A DNA stretch of 63,301 bases, the filler included, from Octopus bimaculoides (taxonomy: Eukaryota): assembly GCF_001194135.2 (NCBI RefSeq). It is 6 parts of 5 records of this genome, joined end to end, with 100 filler letters (N's around TTAATTAATTAA, not from the genome) between each part and the next. Parts side by side here need not be neighbours in the genome. Positions count along the whole stretch, not along the records: positions 47,244 to 56,685 come from NC_068984.1; positions 56,786 to 61,874 come from NC_069000.1; positions 61,975 to 63,301 come from NC_069006.1; 3 more parts are not named here. One strand, given 5' to 3'. Position 1 is the first letter of the stretch. The number at the start of each line of letters is the position of its first letter. The notes below the pieces were generated by a model. That model was given only the letters and a program-made list of their open reading frames with translations. It made no database searches and had not been told where the DNA came from. A program made the position numbers and the translations under genes. Shown here in pieces: positions 51,305-63,301 of the stretch.

Positions 51305-52055
51305 GATACATACCTGTAAGTAACTGGCACTCCTTTGGTTAAGACGACGAGGGTTGCAGTTGATCCGAGCAGCGGAACAGCTTGCTCGTGAAATTAACGT
51401 GCAAGTAGCTGAGTGCTCCACAAACACGCGTGCCCTTAACGAGATTCAGCGCTACACAGAATGTGACAAGGCCGACCCTTAGAAATACAGGTACAGTAAT
51501 CCCTCGACTATCGCGGATGTTACATTCCAAAATCACCCGCCTTAGGTGAAAATCCGCGAAGTAGAAACAGTACTGTATATCTTTTTTCATTATTTTTATA
51601 TTTGCCTCCCAAGTTTCGTTTTCCATATAGTATATGTGACTTTTTGTTTACTCATCAACGGTAAACTACGTACTTTCTTTTAATATATTTTGATTAAAGT
51701 GTTATACAGTGTAGTACTATACTGTATTTTTATTTATTAATTCAATAATTTTTAGGCGCGAAAATGCTTATTTTACCATAGACATTATTAAAATCTTAAA
51801 AAATAGAAGTACCTATCAGCCGCTGAAACCCGCGATATAAATTTACGTATATTAGCCAGAAAAATTTGCGCCGTACTGAGGGCGTGATAGGTGAACCGCG
51901 ATATGACGAGAGGTTACTGTACTATCATTTTTGCCAGTTGAGTAAACTGGAGCTGCGTGAAATAAGTGTGTTGCTCAAGGACATAACGCACCGCGTGGAA
52001 TTGAAATCACGACCTTGCGATCGTGAAAGATTACCCTAACACTAAGCCATGTGCC
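51305..52055 (-). mobile_element. SINE family C long variant interrupted by a MITE
   Basis: Both halves align to the uninterrupted copy at 58213-58495. Confidence 0.8.
51494..51919. mobile_element. Tigger/pogo-like (Tc1-mariner superfamily) MITE with TA target-site duplication
   Basis: TIRs CAGTAATCCCTCGACTATCGCGG and CCGCGATATGACGAGAGGTTACTG; TA at 51492-51493 and 51920-51921. Confidence 0.85.
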
Positions 52056-52278
52056 GGATACATGATAGTATACATGTATGAATACGTGTAGATACATACA
52101 TGCAATCATACTTTCATAAATACAAACACGCATTCATACATGTCCGCACACGTACATATATACGTGCACACATACATGCATACATGCATACATACGTACA
52201 GGCATACATACATACATACATACATACATACATGCATGCATGCATGCATACATACATACATACATACATACATACATA

Positions 52279-52421
52279 GGCGTAGGTGTTGCTGTGTGGT
52301 AGAAAGCTTGCTTTTCAACTACATGGTTCCGGGTTCAGTCCCACTGCGTGGAAGCTTAAGCAAATACCTTCTACTAAAGCCTTGTGAGTGGATTTGATTG
52401 ACAGAAACTGAAAGAAGTCCG

Positions 52422-52469
<48 letters not shown>

Positions 52470-52693
52470 GTGTGTGTGTTTGCCCCAACCATCATCGCCT
52501 CACAACTGATGGTGGTGTGTTTATGTCCCCGTAACTTAGCGGTTCGGCAAAAGACTGATAGAATAAGTACTAGACTTTCAAAGAATATCACCCTGGGGGC
52601 GATTTATATGGCTAAAACCCCTTGAAAACGGTGCTGCAGCATGGCCGCAGTCAAATGACTGAAACGTGTAAAAGAATAAAAGAAGAAAAGAAT
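52279..52693 (+). mobile_element. Near full-length SINE family A (tRNA-like head, internal (TG)n, tail)
   Basis: GGCGTAGG..GCTGTGTGGTA...GGTTCCGGGTTCAGTCCCACTGCGTGG head, then (TG)n, then a tail ending in AAAAG repeats. Confidence 0.85.
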
Positions 52694-52754
52694 ATACATA
52701 CATACATACATTTACAGGTGTATGCACTACGCTCACAAATATATGTGTGAGTCT

Positions 52755-52950
52755 GTGTTCGTCTCCCCACCAATCACCGCTTGACAACCGGTGTTGGTGT
52801 GTTTACGTCCCCCTACCTTAGCGGTTCGGCAAAATACTAAGCTTTAAAGAAAATAAGTGCTCAGGTCGAATTGTTCGACTAAAAACCCTACAATGCGGTG
52901 CTCCAGCATGGCCGCAGTCAAAGTGACTGAAACAAGTTAATGAATAAAAA
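52755..52950 (+). mobile_element. SINE family A tail
   Basis: CCGCTTGACAACCGG...GCGGTGCTCCAGCATGGCCGCAGTCAA. Confidence 0.85.
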
Positions 52951-53114
52951 TATACGTGCTAAAGATGAAGCCTCAATGTGGTCGCTTGACTTGCTAGAAA
53001 TAGCAGCCAAATCACTTACAAATCATATTTTGCCGTTAAATGAAGTATAAGAATGCTGAAGATAGTCCTAGATATCACACACGCACGCACGCACACACGC
53101 ACACACACACACAA

Positions 53115-53151
<37 letters not shown>

Positions 53152-54393
53152 CCCATAGTAGAGTTTGTACAATCTGGCATGATTTAACACGGAGATTCGT
53201 TTGATCTCGTATGAACTGGGAGGTGTGTGAAACAGACAACAGACTTGAACAACAGCAACAACACTAACAACAACATACTCACACATATTTTGAGATATCT
53301 TTGATTTATCCCATATACAAAAAGAAGAGAAAAAAACACCAGAAGCTAACAAATATACAAGAACCAAGCAATAAATAATTAAAGAACCATTCACATTCAT
53401 ATATTTCCAGTTATGCTATTTCAAGATATGAACAATAGTTTACAGCGTCGACATCATTATCATACACGCACACACAACAAAATAAATAAACCAAAAAGAG
53501 AAACAAACATTATTAAAAGGAGTCTACATTATTCCGCACTGTTAATACACCATCCTACGTTAGTTATCGTAATAAATTGTCGAAGACAGAATATTTATAT
53601 TTAGATTGCTTGCATCATAATTTTTTCTGGTCTTATTTCTGCTTGTTTTTGTTTTGTTTTTCATTCTATTCTTATTTTTGTAGGCGTTCTAGTTGATATG
53701 GTTCTGTTCATCTATTTACTCTAAGAGAGATGCGCGAATTATTATTAGAAAGTAGAACGTTTACCTGGCTGTAATCAGACAATGTAGACAATGCAGGCTT
53801 GCAAGCGCCGATGACAATGGATTTTCAATCAATTATACTCATGTATATATAAATATGTGTGAATGTGTGTGTGTGTGCACGCGTGTATGTATATATATAT
53901 ATCTTTATATATGTATATGTATATATATATATACATATGTAAATATATTCATACATAAAAATGTAGAAGGTTAGATAGATAGATAGATAGATGCATATAT
54001 ACATACATNNNNNNNNNNNNNNNNNNNNNNNNNNNNNNNNNNNNNNNNNNNNNNNNNNNNNNNNNNNNNNNNNNNNNNNNNNNNNNNNNNNNNNNNNNNN
54101 NNNNNNNNNNNNNNNNNNNNNNNNNNNNNNNNNNNNNNNNNNNNNNNNNNNNNNNNNNNNNNNNNNNNNNNNNNNNNNNNNNNNNNNNNNNNNNNNNNNN
54201 NNNNNNNNNNNNNNNNNNNNNNNNNNNNNNNNNNNNNNNNNNNNNNNNNNNNNNNNNNNNNNNNNNNNNNNNNNNNNNNNNNNNNNNNNNNNNNNNNNNN
54301 NNNNNNNNNNNNNNNNNNNNNNNNNNNNNNNNNNNNNNNNNNNNNNNNNNNNNNNNNNNNNNNNNNNNNNNNNNNNNNNNNNNNNNNNNNNNN

Positions 54394-54440
<47 letters not shown>

Positions 54441-54574
54441 TTATATATGTATATGTATATATATATATACATATGTAAATATATTCATACATAAAAATGT
54501 AGAAGGTTAGATAGATAGATAGATAGATGCATATATACATACATACATACACACAAATACATATATACATATGA

Positions 54575-54619
<45 letters not shown>

Positions 54620-54621
54620 CA

Positions 54622-55038
54622 GGCGCAGGCATAGCTGTGTGGTAAGTAGCTTGCTTACCAACCGCATGGTTCCAGGTTCAGACCCACTGCGTAGTACCTT
54701 GGACGTGTGTCTTCTACTATAGCCTCGGGCCAACCAAAGTCCGTCATATATATGTGTGTGTGAGGGTGTGTGTTTGTATGTGTGTGAGGGTGTGTGTTTG
54801 TGTGTGTGTATGTGTGTGTATATGTTTGTGTGTGTGTGTGTTTGTCCCCCCACCATCCTTGACAACCGATGCTGGTTTACCTCCCCGTAGCATTAACGTT
54901 TCGGCAAGAAGGGTCCGATAGAATAAGTAAAAGTCTTACAAAGAATAAGTCTTGGGGTCGATTTGTTCGACTAAAGGCGGTGCTCCAGCATGGCCACGGT
55001 CAAATGATTGAAACAAATAAAAGAGGGTAAAGGAGAAT
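54622..55038 (+). mobile_element. Near full-length SINE family A
   Basis: Same three-part structure as 52279-52693. Confidence 0.85.
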
Positions 55039-55042
55039 TTAC

Positions 55043-55090
<48 letters not shown>

Positions 55091-56040
55091 ATATATATAT
55101 GTAGATATATATCTAGCGGTTTGGCAAAAAAAGTGACCGATAGAATAAGTACTAGGCTTNNNNNNNNNNNNNNNNNNNNNNNNNNNNNNNNNNNNNNNNN
55201 NNNNNNNNNNNNNNNNNNNNNNNNNNNNNNNNNNNNNNNNNNNNNNNNNNNNNNNNNNNNNNNNNNNNNNNNNNNNNNNNNNNNNNNNNNNNNNNNNNNN
55301 NNNNNNNNNNNNNNNNNNNNNNNNNNNNNNNNNNNNNNNNNNNNNNNNNNNNNNNNNNNNNNNNNNNNNNNNNNNNNNNNNNNNNNNNNNNNNNNNNNNN
55401 NNNNNNNNNNNNNNNNNNNNNNNNNNNNNNNNNNNNNNNNNNNNNNNNNNNNNNNNNNNNNNNNNNNNNNNNNNNNNNNNNNNNNNNNNNNNNNNNNNNN
55501 NNNNNNNNNNNNNNNNNNNNNNNNNNNNNNNNNNNNNNNNNNNNNNNNNNNNNNNNNNNNNNNNNNNNNNNNNNNNNNNNNNNNNNNNNNNNNNNNNNNN
55601 NNNNNNNNNNNNNNNNNNNNNNNNNNNNNNNNNNNNNNNNNNNNNNNNNNNNNNNNNNNNNNNNNNNNNNNNNNNNNNNNNNNNNNNNNNNNNNNNNNNN
55701 NNNNNNNNNNNNNNNNNNNNNNNNNNNTATATATACACACCCACCCACATACACACTCACACAGATGGATGGATGGATGGATGGATGGATGGATGGATGG
55801 ATGGATGGATGGATGGATGGATATCAGTAACAGTGCAGACAGATGTATGAGCCTCTGTGTGTGTGTGTTTCTGCGTTAGAATTTGTACCTGAGTACATGC
55901 GTCTCTCAGTCTGCTCATATGCATTGATGCTTGCCCGCAGACGAATTAAAAAAATCTATGCGTTGTTCGTTGACGCATAAACACAATCGACACACTCTCA
56001 CACATTGCTTATACGCACATACACAACAGACGCACATACA

Positions 56041-56080
<40 letters not shown>

Positions 56081-56685
56081 AGAGAGAGGCACACACAGAG
56101 AGATACACACAGGCATGCATACGCACATACACACACAGGCACATTCACATGTGTATAAAAACATATATATATATATATAGTTAGAACTAAAAAGAGCGAA
56201 GAGAAAATAACTGAAGAGGAAATAGCTGACAAGTGGCAATAATTTGGATAACAAAGTAGGCGGAAGCCGTATAAAATACTGTACACAATGAATTAATAAT
56301 TTATCAAAAGCATGTTCACGGAGAGAGAAGTAAAACAAGAACCTAATGGCATGGTTAGCGACATTGAATGAGAAGAACCGATAACTTAAAGAAATAATTC
56401 GTTAATTTTACAATTAACTCAATAGACTTGACGGAAAACAAATCGACATTCTAGTATTTTGTTTAGAAACGTAGAGCAAATATAAAGATGTGTGAATGCA
56501 TGTGTGCATATATACATATGTGTGCATACACACGCACACACACACATACACTTATATATTCATATACATATGCATATACATTTAATCCTGTCTCCTCTCA
56601 TCACACACGAACTTTTGGATTCTACCTTCTGGATCTACTCTTTCTGGACTGTTTGATTCTGAACTTTATACCCTCCGGCTGCACC

Positions 56686-56785
56686 NNNNNNNNNNNNNNN
56701 NNNNNNNNNNNNNNNNNNNNNNNNNNNNNTTAATTAATTAANNNNNNNNNNNNNNNNNNNNNNNNNNNNNNNNNNNNNNNNNNNN
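56686..56785. other. Artificial 100-bp scaffold join
   Basis: N44-TTAATTAATTAA-N44. Confidence 0.95.
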
Positions 56786-57142
56786 ATATATATATATATA
56801 TATATAACCAGCGACATTTTAAATAAATTAATTGTACATACACTAGCGTAGGCACATTCCGATGTGTAAATAGTTGTTACATATTTACCTCTTGATGTTC
56901 GTCTCGGACGATTACTTAATTTTCGTAACTCAGGCAAAACGCAGAGACGGATAAATGTATACATCCATCCATCCATCCCTCCATCCATCTATCCATCCAT
57001 CCATCCATCCATCTATCCATACATACATACATACATACATGCATACATACATACATACATGCATGCATGCATACATACATACATACACACATGCATGCAT
57101 ACATACCTATATATATATACACACACATATATATATAATATA

Positions 57143-57188
<46 letters not shown>

Positions 57189-57669
57189 TAGATAGATAGA
57201 TAGATAGATATGTACAAATGTATATGTACACATTACTNNNNNNNNNNNNNNNNNNNNNNNNNNNNNNNNNNNNNNNNNNNNNNNNNNNNNNNNNNNNNNN
57301 NNNNNNNNNNNNNNNNNNNNNNNNNNNNNNNNNNNNNNNNNNNNNNNNNNNNNNNNNNNNNNNNNNNNNNNNNNNNNNNNNNNNNNNNNNNNNNNNNNNN
57401 NNNNNNNNNNNNNNNNNNNNNNNNNNNNNNNNNNNNNNNNNNNNNNNNNNNNNNNTATATATATATATATATATGTATATATAAGCGTAGACAAACATAT
57501 CTTATGTATAATGTGTATACTCACACGAGAGTGTGTTAGTGTGTGTGTGTGTGTGTGTGTGTTCGTGCATTGATTTGTGTTTGCGCGCGCACGTATTTGT
57601 ACATGTATATAAATATTTCACATCACGCACGTACATATATGTGTTTACACATAGCTTTACATTTATTTC

Positions 57670-57731
<62 letters not shown>

Positions 57732-57732
57732 A

Positions 57733-57778
<46 letters not shown>

Positions 57779-58212
57779 TATTTTTTCTATCAAGCAACTT
57801 AGCTTCACAGATAGATATATCCAAGGTACGTTCAATGTGGTGTTGCCGTTTAAAACGAATACCTGTCTCACGCAATTCTTTCTCCGTTGATATATAAATG
57901 TACATACACACACACACACACACACAAATATATATATATATACATACACACAGACATATATACACATATATACACCCATACACAAACTTCGTATTTATAT
58001 ATATATAAACATATATAAATTGAAAGGTATAATGAATATATATATTTTAAATAATTTTCATATATATATATATATATATAAGAAAGTAGGTAGGCTTCTG
58101 TTGGTTGTTTTTCCTCGCATTAGGTACTAAATGTGGTTATTTTGAGAAGTCCACTGTGTGGCGTTGTTATTTTTCTGTAATAATGCCCTTTATATAAATA
58201 TATATATATATA

Positions 58213-58495
58213 TAGGAGCACTCCGTCGATTACGACGACGAGGGTCCCAGCTGATGTGATCAACGGAACAGCTTGCTCGTGATATTAACGTGCAAGTGGC
58301 TGAGCACTCCACAGACACGTGTACTCATAACGTAGTTCTGAGGGAGACACAAAGCTGGTCTTTTGAAATACAGGTACAACTCGTTTTTGTCAGCTGGGTG
58401 GACCGAAGCAACGTGAAATGAAGTGTCTTGCTCAAGGACACAACGCATCACCAGAAATTGAACGCACGACGTTACGATCGTGAGTCGAATGAACT
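58213..58495 (-). mobile_element. SINE family C long variant, uninterrupted (empty site for the 51494 MITE)
   Basis: GAAATACAGG-TA-CAACTCGTTTTTGTCAGCTG has a single TA. Confidence 0.8.
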
Positions 58496-58504
58496 AAGAC
58501 ACAC

Positions 58505-58555
<51 letters not shown>

Positions 58556-58988
58556 TGAGTGTGTGTGTGCATTCACACCCATATTTATCCTATATATATA
58601 TGTACATAAATGTTTATATATTTATATCAATATGCATATGCTTGTCAGTGTATGAGAGTGTATGTATGTATATATGCATTTATCTATGTAAGTATGCATT
58701 TCTGTGAGTGTGTGTGTGTTTGTGTGTGTGCATTCCAATCAATCAAACTTTTTCCTTTACAGTCGTGCCTATTTTGGAGAGTTCCCCGAATATGAAGATT
58801 GTCTCCCTTTCTCCTTTGGAGTTGATCCTATTTGTCACTAGAATATTTTCCTATCTTCCCAGAAAGCAGAGGCAATTTGCTTAGATCAAGAACATTAATT
58901 TTGTGTTGTTTAAAATACTTTTAGTCCCCTGTGTTTTTCAAATACACAACACTAGCTGGTTATCGTTCAATTTATGTGAACGTTTGTA

Positions 58989-59025
<37 letters not shown>

Positions 59026-59505
59026 NNNNNNNNNNNNNNNNNNNNNNNNNNNNNNNNNNNNNNNNNNNNNNNNNNNNNNNNNNNNNNNNNNNNNNNNNNN
59101 NNNNNNNNNNNNNNNNNNNNNNNNNNNNNNNNNNNNNNNNNNNNNNNNNNNNNNNNNNNNNNNNNNNNNNNNNNNNNNNNNNNNNNNNNNNNNNNNNNNN
59201 NNNNNNNNNNNNNNNNNNNNNNNNNNNNNNNNNNNNNNNNNNNNNNNNNNNNNNNNNNNNNNNNNNNNNNNNNNNNNNNNNNNNNNNNNNNNNNNNNNNN
59301 NNNNNNNNNNNNNNNNNNNNNNNNNNNNNNNNNNNNNNNNNNNNNNNNNNNNNNNNNNNNNNNNNNNNNNNNNNNNNNNNNNNNNNNNNNNNNNNNNNNN
59401 NNNNNNNACACACACACACACGTATATTTATACATACTCGCACGCGCGCATGCACACACGCAATTGCACACACACATACCTATGTATATTGAAATATATA
59501 TATAC

Positions 59506-59544
<39 letters not shown>

Positions 59545-59713
59545 GTATATATATAATATATGAACATATATATATATATATAAATATAATGTATATATAT
59601 GACATGTATATTTAAAGCATATGCACACACGTATATACACATAGATTGTAATATATATGTAATGTTTATATATTATATATAATATATAATGTTTATATAT
59701 ATATAATGTTTAA

Positions 59714-59767
<54 letters not shown>

Positions 59768-60010
59768 CGCACACATATATATTACAATATCTGTCTCTAT
59801 CAATCTATCTTTCTATCTATCTGTCTATATATCTATCTATCTATCTATCTGTCGATCGATCAACTTATCTATCTCTCTATGGAGAGATATAGATATAGAT
59901 ATATACATTATATTATATTTATTTATATTATATATACACCCAGCATGGTCTCAAGTCTAATGACTGAACCAAGATAATAAAACAACGAAAAAATTCATAA
60001 ATATGTACGT

Positions 60011-60062
<52 letters not shown>

Positions 60063-61226
60063 NNNNNNNNNNNNNNNNNNNNNNNNNNNNNNNNNNNNNN
60101 NNNNNNNNNNNNNNNNNNNNNNNNNNNNNNNNNNNNNNNNNNNNNNNNNNNNNNNNNNNNNNNNNNNNNNNNNNNNNNNNNNNNNNNNNNNNNNNNNNNN
60201 NNNNNNNNNNNNNNNNNNNNNNNNNNNNNNNNNNNNNNNNNNNNNNNNNNNNNNNNNNNNNNNNNNNNNNNNNNNNNNNNNNNNNNNNNNNNNNNNNNNN
60301 NNNNNNNNNNNNNNNNNNNNNNNNNNNNNNNNNNNNNNNNNNNNNNNNNNNNNNNNNNNNNNNNNNNNNNNNNNNNNNNNNNNNNNNNNNNNNNNNNNNN
60401 NNNNNNNNNNNNNNNNNNNTATATATATATACATTTGAACCCCTCACACACATGAATACACTCCATTCGTGGTATCTTATTCTATTTTCTCCCAACCTCC
60501 GCATATTGTGAAAAGAACTTTTTTTTGTTCCCTCTCTTCATGGAAAATTAATTAAATATTTTCTTACAATTACAATTATGTTTTACTTTTTTTCTTGAAA
60601 TATAGTCTCTTCCATTTTTTTTTATCGTATCTATTTTATGAAAACTCCCTTATTTATTACATTATTTCTTATCATTTACATGACATAATTATATTATTGC
60701 CAAACAAATATTATAATAAAATTATTAAAATAAATTAGAAAAAAAAATGTGTGGTAGCAAAAAGAAATATTTAATGAAGAAGCATTGGAATTGCGGAAAT
60801 CATAATAGCAAAATAATAGAAATGTGGATTTACAAAAAAAAAGCAATTTCGATATAAGTAATAAATGTTAATAATATACAAAAAAAATAAATGCATTGAT
60901 ATCTGAACCGAAAAAAGGAAAAATTAAAATTTCACTAAATGACTCTGATTGGTTCAAAACATAATGTTCACCAATATTGACTTCTTAGTGATTGGTCAGT
61001 GTGAAAAAGCGGCTTCAGACATCTTTTGCCTCAGTCAATTTGAATTTTAACGTATGGTTCGTTATTTCTCGGTTAATATATATAGATGTTGTGGGAGTGT
61101 GTGTATATTGGGCGGTATAATGCATACGAAATTAAACACATCCGCAAACATGTTAACTCTAACTGCCAAATACGTTTAAATATACATGAATATAGAATTA
61201 TAAAAATTATACATCAATGAACAACA

Positions 61227-61265
<39 letters not shown>

Positions 61266-61815
61266 AATAAGTGTGTGTGGATGTACATTTTTTACATTTC
61301 TTTGAGCTGGTTTAGTTATTGGACTGCGGCCATGCTGGGATAAAACCTTGAAATGTTTAGTCGAACAGATCGACTGCCGTATTTATACACAGACACTCAC
61401 ACATACACACACACACACACACGCACACACGCACACACGCACCACACACACATTTATATATATGTATATGTGTGCTTTTGCGTTCATGTGTGTATATGTA
61501 AGAGCGCGCGTGCGTGCGTGAGTGTGTGTGTGTCTCTGTGTGTCTGTGTGCATGTGAATGCGTACATATAGGTATCTGTGTGTGCGCGAGCGCGCGTGTG
61601 TACACCCACACACGGTAGAAGAACGTTTTCACATGTAGCTGCTTTTGTTCTTCCTATGCTAAATAATGTAAGGAACGCCCATATGTGGCGTGCAGTGTGC
61701 ATATAAAATCGATATCTACATGTTTTAATGTCCATATGTTTTATGCGTCTCTGATATACAAACATATTTATACGTACATGAATCTAAACATATATTCACA
61801 CATACATGTACACAA

Positions 61816-61874
<59 letters not shown>

Positions 61875-61974
61875 NNNNNNNNNNNNNNNNNNNNNNNNNN
61901 NNNNNNNNNNNNNNNNNNTTAATTAATTAANNNNNNNNNNNNNNNNNNNNNNNNNNNNNNNNNNNNNNNNNNNN
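61875..61974. other. Artificial 100-bp scaffold join
   Basis: N44-TTAATTAATTAA-N44. Confidence 0.95.
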
Positions 61975-62074
61975 CATCCAATATGCTAGAAAGAGGTCAT
62001 CAACGACCCAACCACAAAGAAAAGTAGTGTGCTCCAGAAAAGAATTTCATGACCTCTTTCTAGCATATCGGATG
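61975..62074. repeat. Short inverted repeat (26-bp arms, 1 mismatch); MITE-like, left end cut by the join
   Basis: CATCCAATATGCTAGAAAGAGGTCAT ... ATGACCTCTTTCTAGCATATCGGATG. Confidence 0.8.
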
Positions 62075-62100
62075 TCCACTTAGTGGTCATCCCTTCTTGT

Positions 62101-62136
<36 letters not shown>

Positions 62137-62139
62137 TTA

Positions 62140-62327
62140 ATATTTTATAAGCTTAAAGCTTATAAACGATCACTGTGTACTAACTAAAGAAATTAGTCTA
62201 ATACTGGGGCCTATAAGCCATCAATGGAAAAAAGTGGGTTTTCCGGGCTTATATGCCCCAATATTAGACTATTTTTTTAGTCTTACATGGTGATCATTTA
62301 TAAATAAGCTTTAAGCTTATAAAACAT
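62140..62327. mobile_element. Foldback/MITE-like palindrome with ~80-bp imperfect arms
   Basis: TTTTATAAGCTTAAAGCTTAT...TAGTCTAATA.TGGGGC.TATAAGCC mirrored by GGCTTATATGCCCCAATATTAGACTA...ATAAGCTTTAAGCTTATAAAA. Confidence 0.8.
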
Positions 62328-62676
62328 TATTTACAGAATTGTAAAACTTGGCTTATCAAATCATCACAGAAAATGCACATGCTCGCTTGTTTATAAATAT
62401 AAATATATATATATATATAGTTTTATATTCAATATTATCTGGGTAATAACCTGATAATGTGCATTTAAAAGCTTCTATACTGTTATTGGCTACCATATGC
62501 CATCATATAGCGGAGTTATTCTTTAAGCTGGATAAACATGAGGAACTCTATTAGTATATAGAATTTTATATAAAAATTCATACAAGAAGGTGGAATAAAC
62601 ATCTTTTACTTACGTGTAGTAATTAAAGCATGTTTACTCTCTGTTCTTGTATACATTTTTATATAGTTTTATATAT

Positions 62677-62772
62677 TGGTGTTGCCATCCGGTTTCACCA
62701 GTCCTCAGTCAAATCGTCCAACCCATGCTAGCATGGAAAGCGGACGTTAAACGATGATGATGATGATGATGA
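62677..62772 (+). mobile_element. Extremely 5'-truncated young RTE 3' end
   Basis: Identical by eye to the terminal ~80 bp before (GAT)n at 38373-38450. Confidence 0.85.
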
Positions 62773-62849
62773 TATATATATATATATATATATATATCAC
62801 ATGATCACGTGACAAACTAGGCTACCAGATGTTGTTACACATCACCGGT

Positions 62850-62990
62850 CACAATGTGCATTTGCATTGTTTTAGATTTCAAGGCTTTGGTTGGCCCAAA
62901 GCTACAGTAGAAAGCACTTGCCCAAGGTTTAACATAGAGGAACTGAACCTGGATACCATGCGGTTGGGAAGCGAACTTCTGGATCTTTTT
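62850..62990 (-). mobile_element. SINE family A head
   Basis: GTAGAA.GCACTTGCCCAAGG...ACTGAACC.GG.ACCATG.GGTTGGGAAGC. Confidence 0.7.
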
Positions 62991-63301
62991 TAAAACGGGG
63001 GCCACATTTTTCATTAACGAAACACTTTGAAACTTGGAACACTGGTAGAATGTGTCATATAAAACATCTTTTTCTGTTAGTCTTCTTAAAAAAAAAAGAA
63101 ATCCCATAAGTTATTCCATGTTAAAGTTGTCATATTTCTGTAATTTCAACTAATCACTGACGTCCATTCAGCCGATATATATTAAGTGCCGACTACATAA
63201 ACAAACGATTCTGAAACAATTAACCCTAACCCTAGGGTTAGGGTTAAAGCAAATTTAAAATGAAAAAAGCAAATAAAACGAAGGTATGGAGATTAAATAC
63301 G

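Noticed and set aside
53673-53725. TTTTTGTAG|GCGTTCTAGTTGATATGG hydrophobic stretch (GVLVDMVLFIYLL)
   Set aside because: Terminates at TAA after 13 codons; no convincing donor.
53890-54544. Identical ~118-bp duplication (53890-54008 and 54426-54544)
   Set aside because: The copies sit on either side of a gap; most likely overlapping contig ends or haplotype redundancy.
58748-58885. Strong acceptor TTTTCCTTTACAG as candidate exon 2
   Set aside because: The required phase gives VVPILESSPNMKIVS...* with no TARP similarity and no good donor.

Overview
Repeat- and microsatellite-rich animal genomic DNA with many N gaps; the repeat repertoire resembles a coleoid cephalopod such as Octopus (inference from recall, not checked). 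The only host gene I can support is one coding exon (6721-6919, +) of a TARP/stargazin-like (CACNG; PMP22/claudin superfamily) gene. It has a strong donor at the intron position conserved in vertebrate CACNG2 and a probable acceptor 53 nt upstream of the ATG. No downstream exon was found in the remaining ~56 kb, which is therefore probably intron, gap or mis-joined sequence. That region contains three tRNA-derived SINE families, RTE LINE fragments (one with a 12-bp TSD), an R4/Dong-like fragment abutting a (TAA)n tract, a rearranged Penelope-like element (RT and GIY-YIG pieces on opposite strands), a non-autonomous Helitron, a Tigger/pogo-like MITE nested in a SINE, and several foldback elements. 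The most notable signals are several distinct Penelope-type hammerhead-ribozyme motifs (one with a shared variant core CUGUUGA, one with a ~73-nt loop II), a head-to-head palindromic tRNA-derived element, and a CpG-decayed block (32.4-47.1 kb) bounded by two artificial 100-bp scaffold linkers. Nearly all long ORFs in the track are microsatellite or N-run artefacts. I cannot support a wholly new biological system. Repeat boundaries are approximate unless termini or TSDs are quoted.
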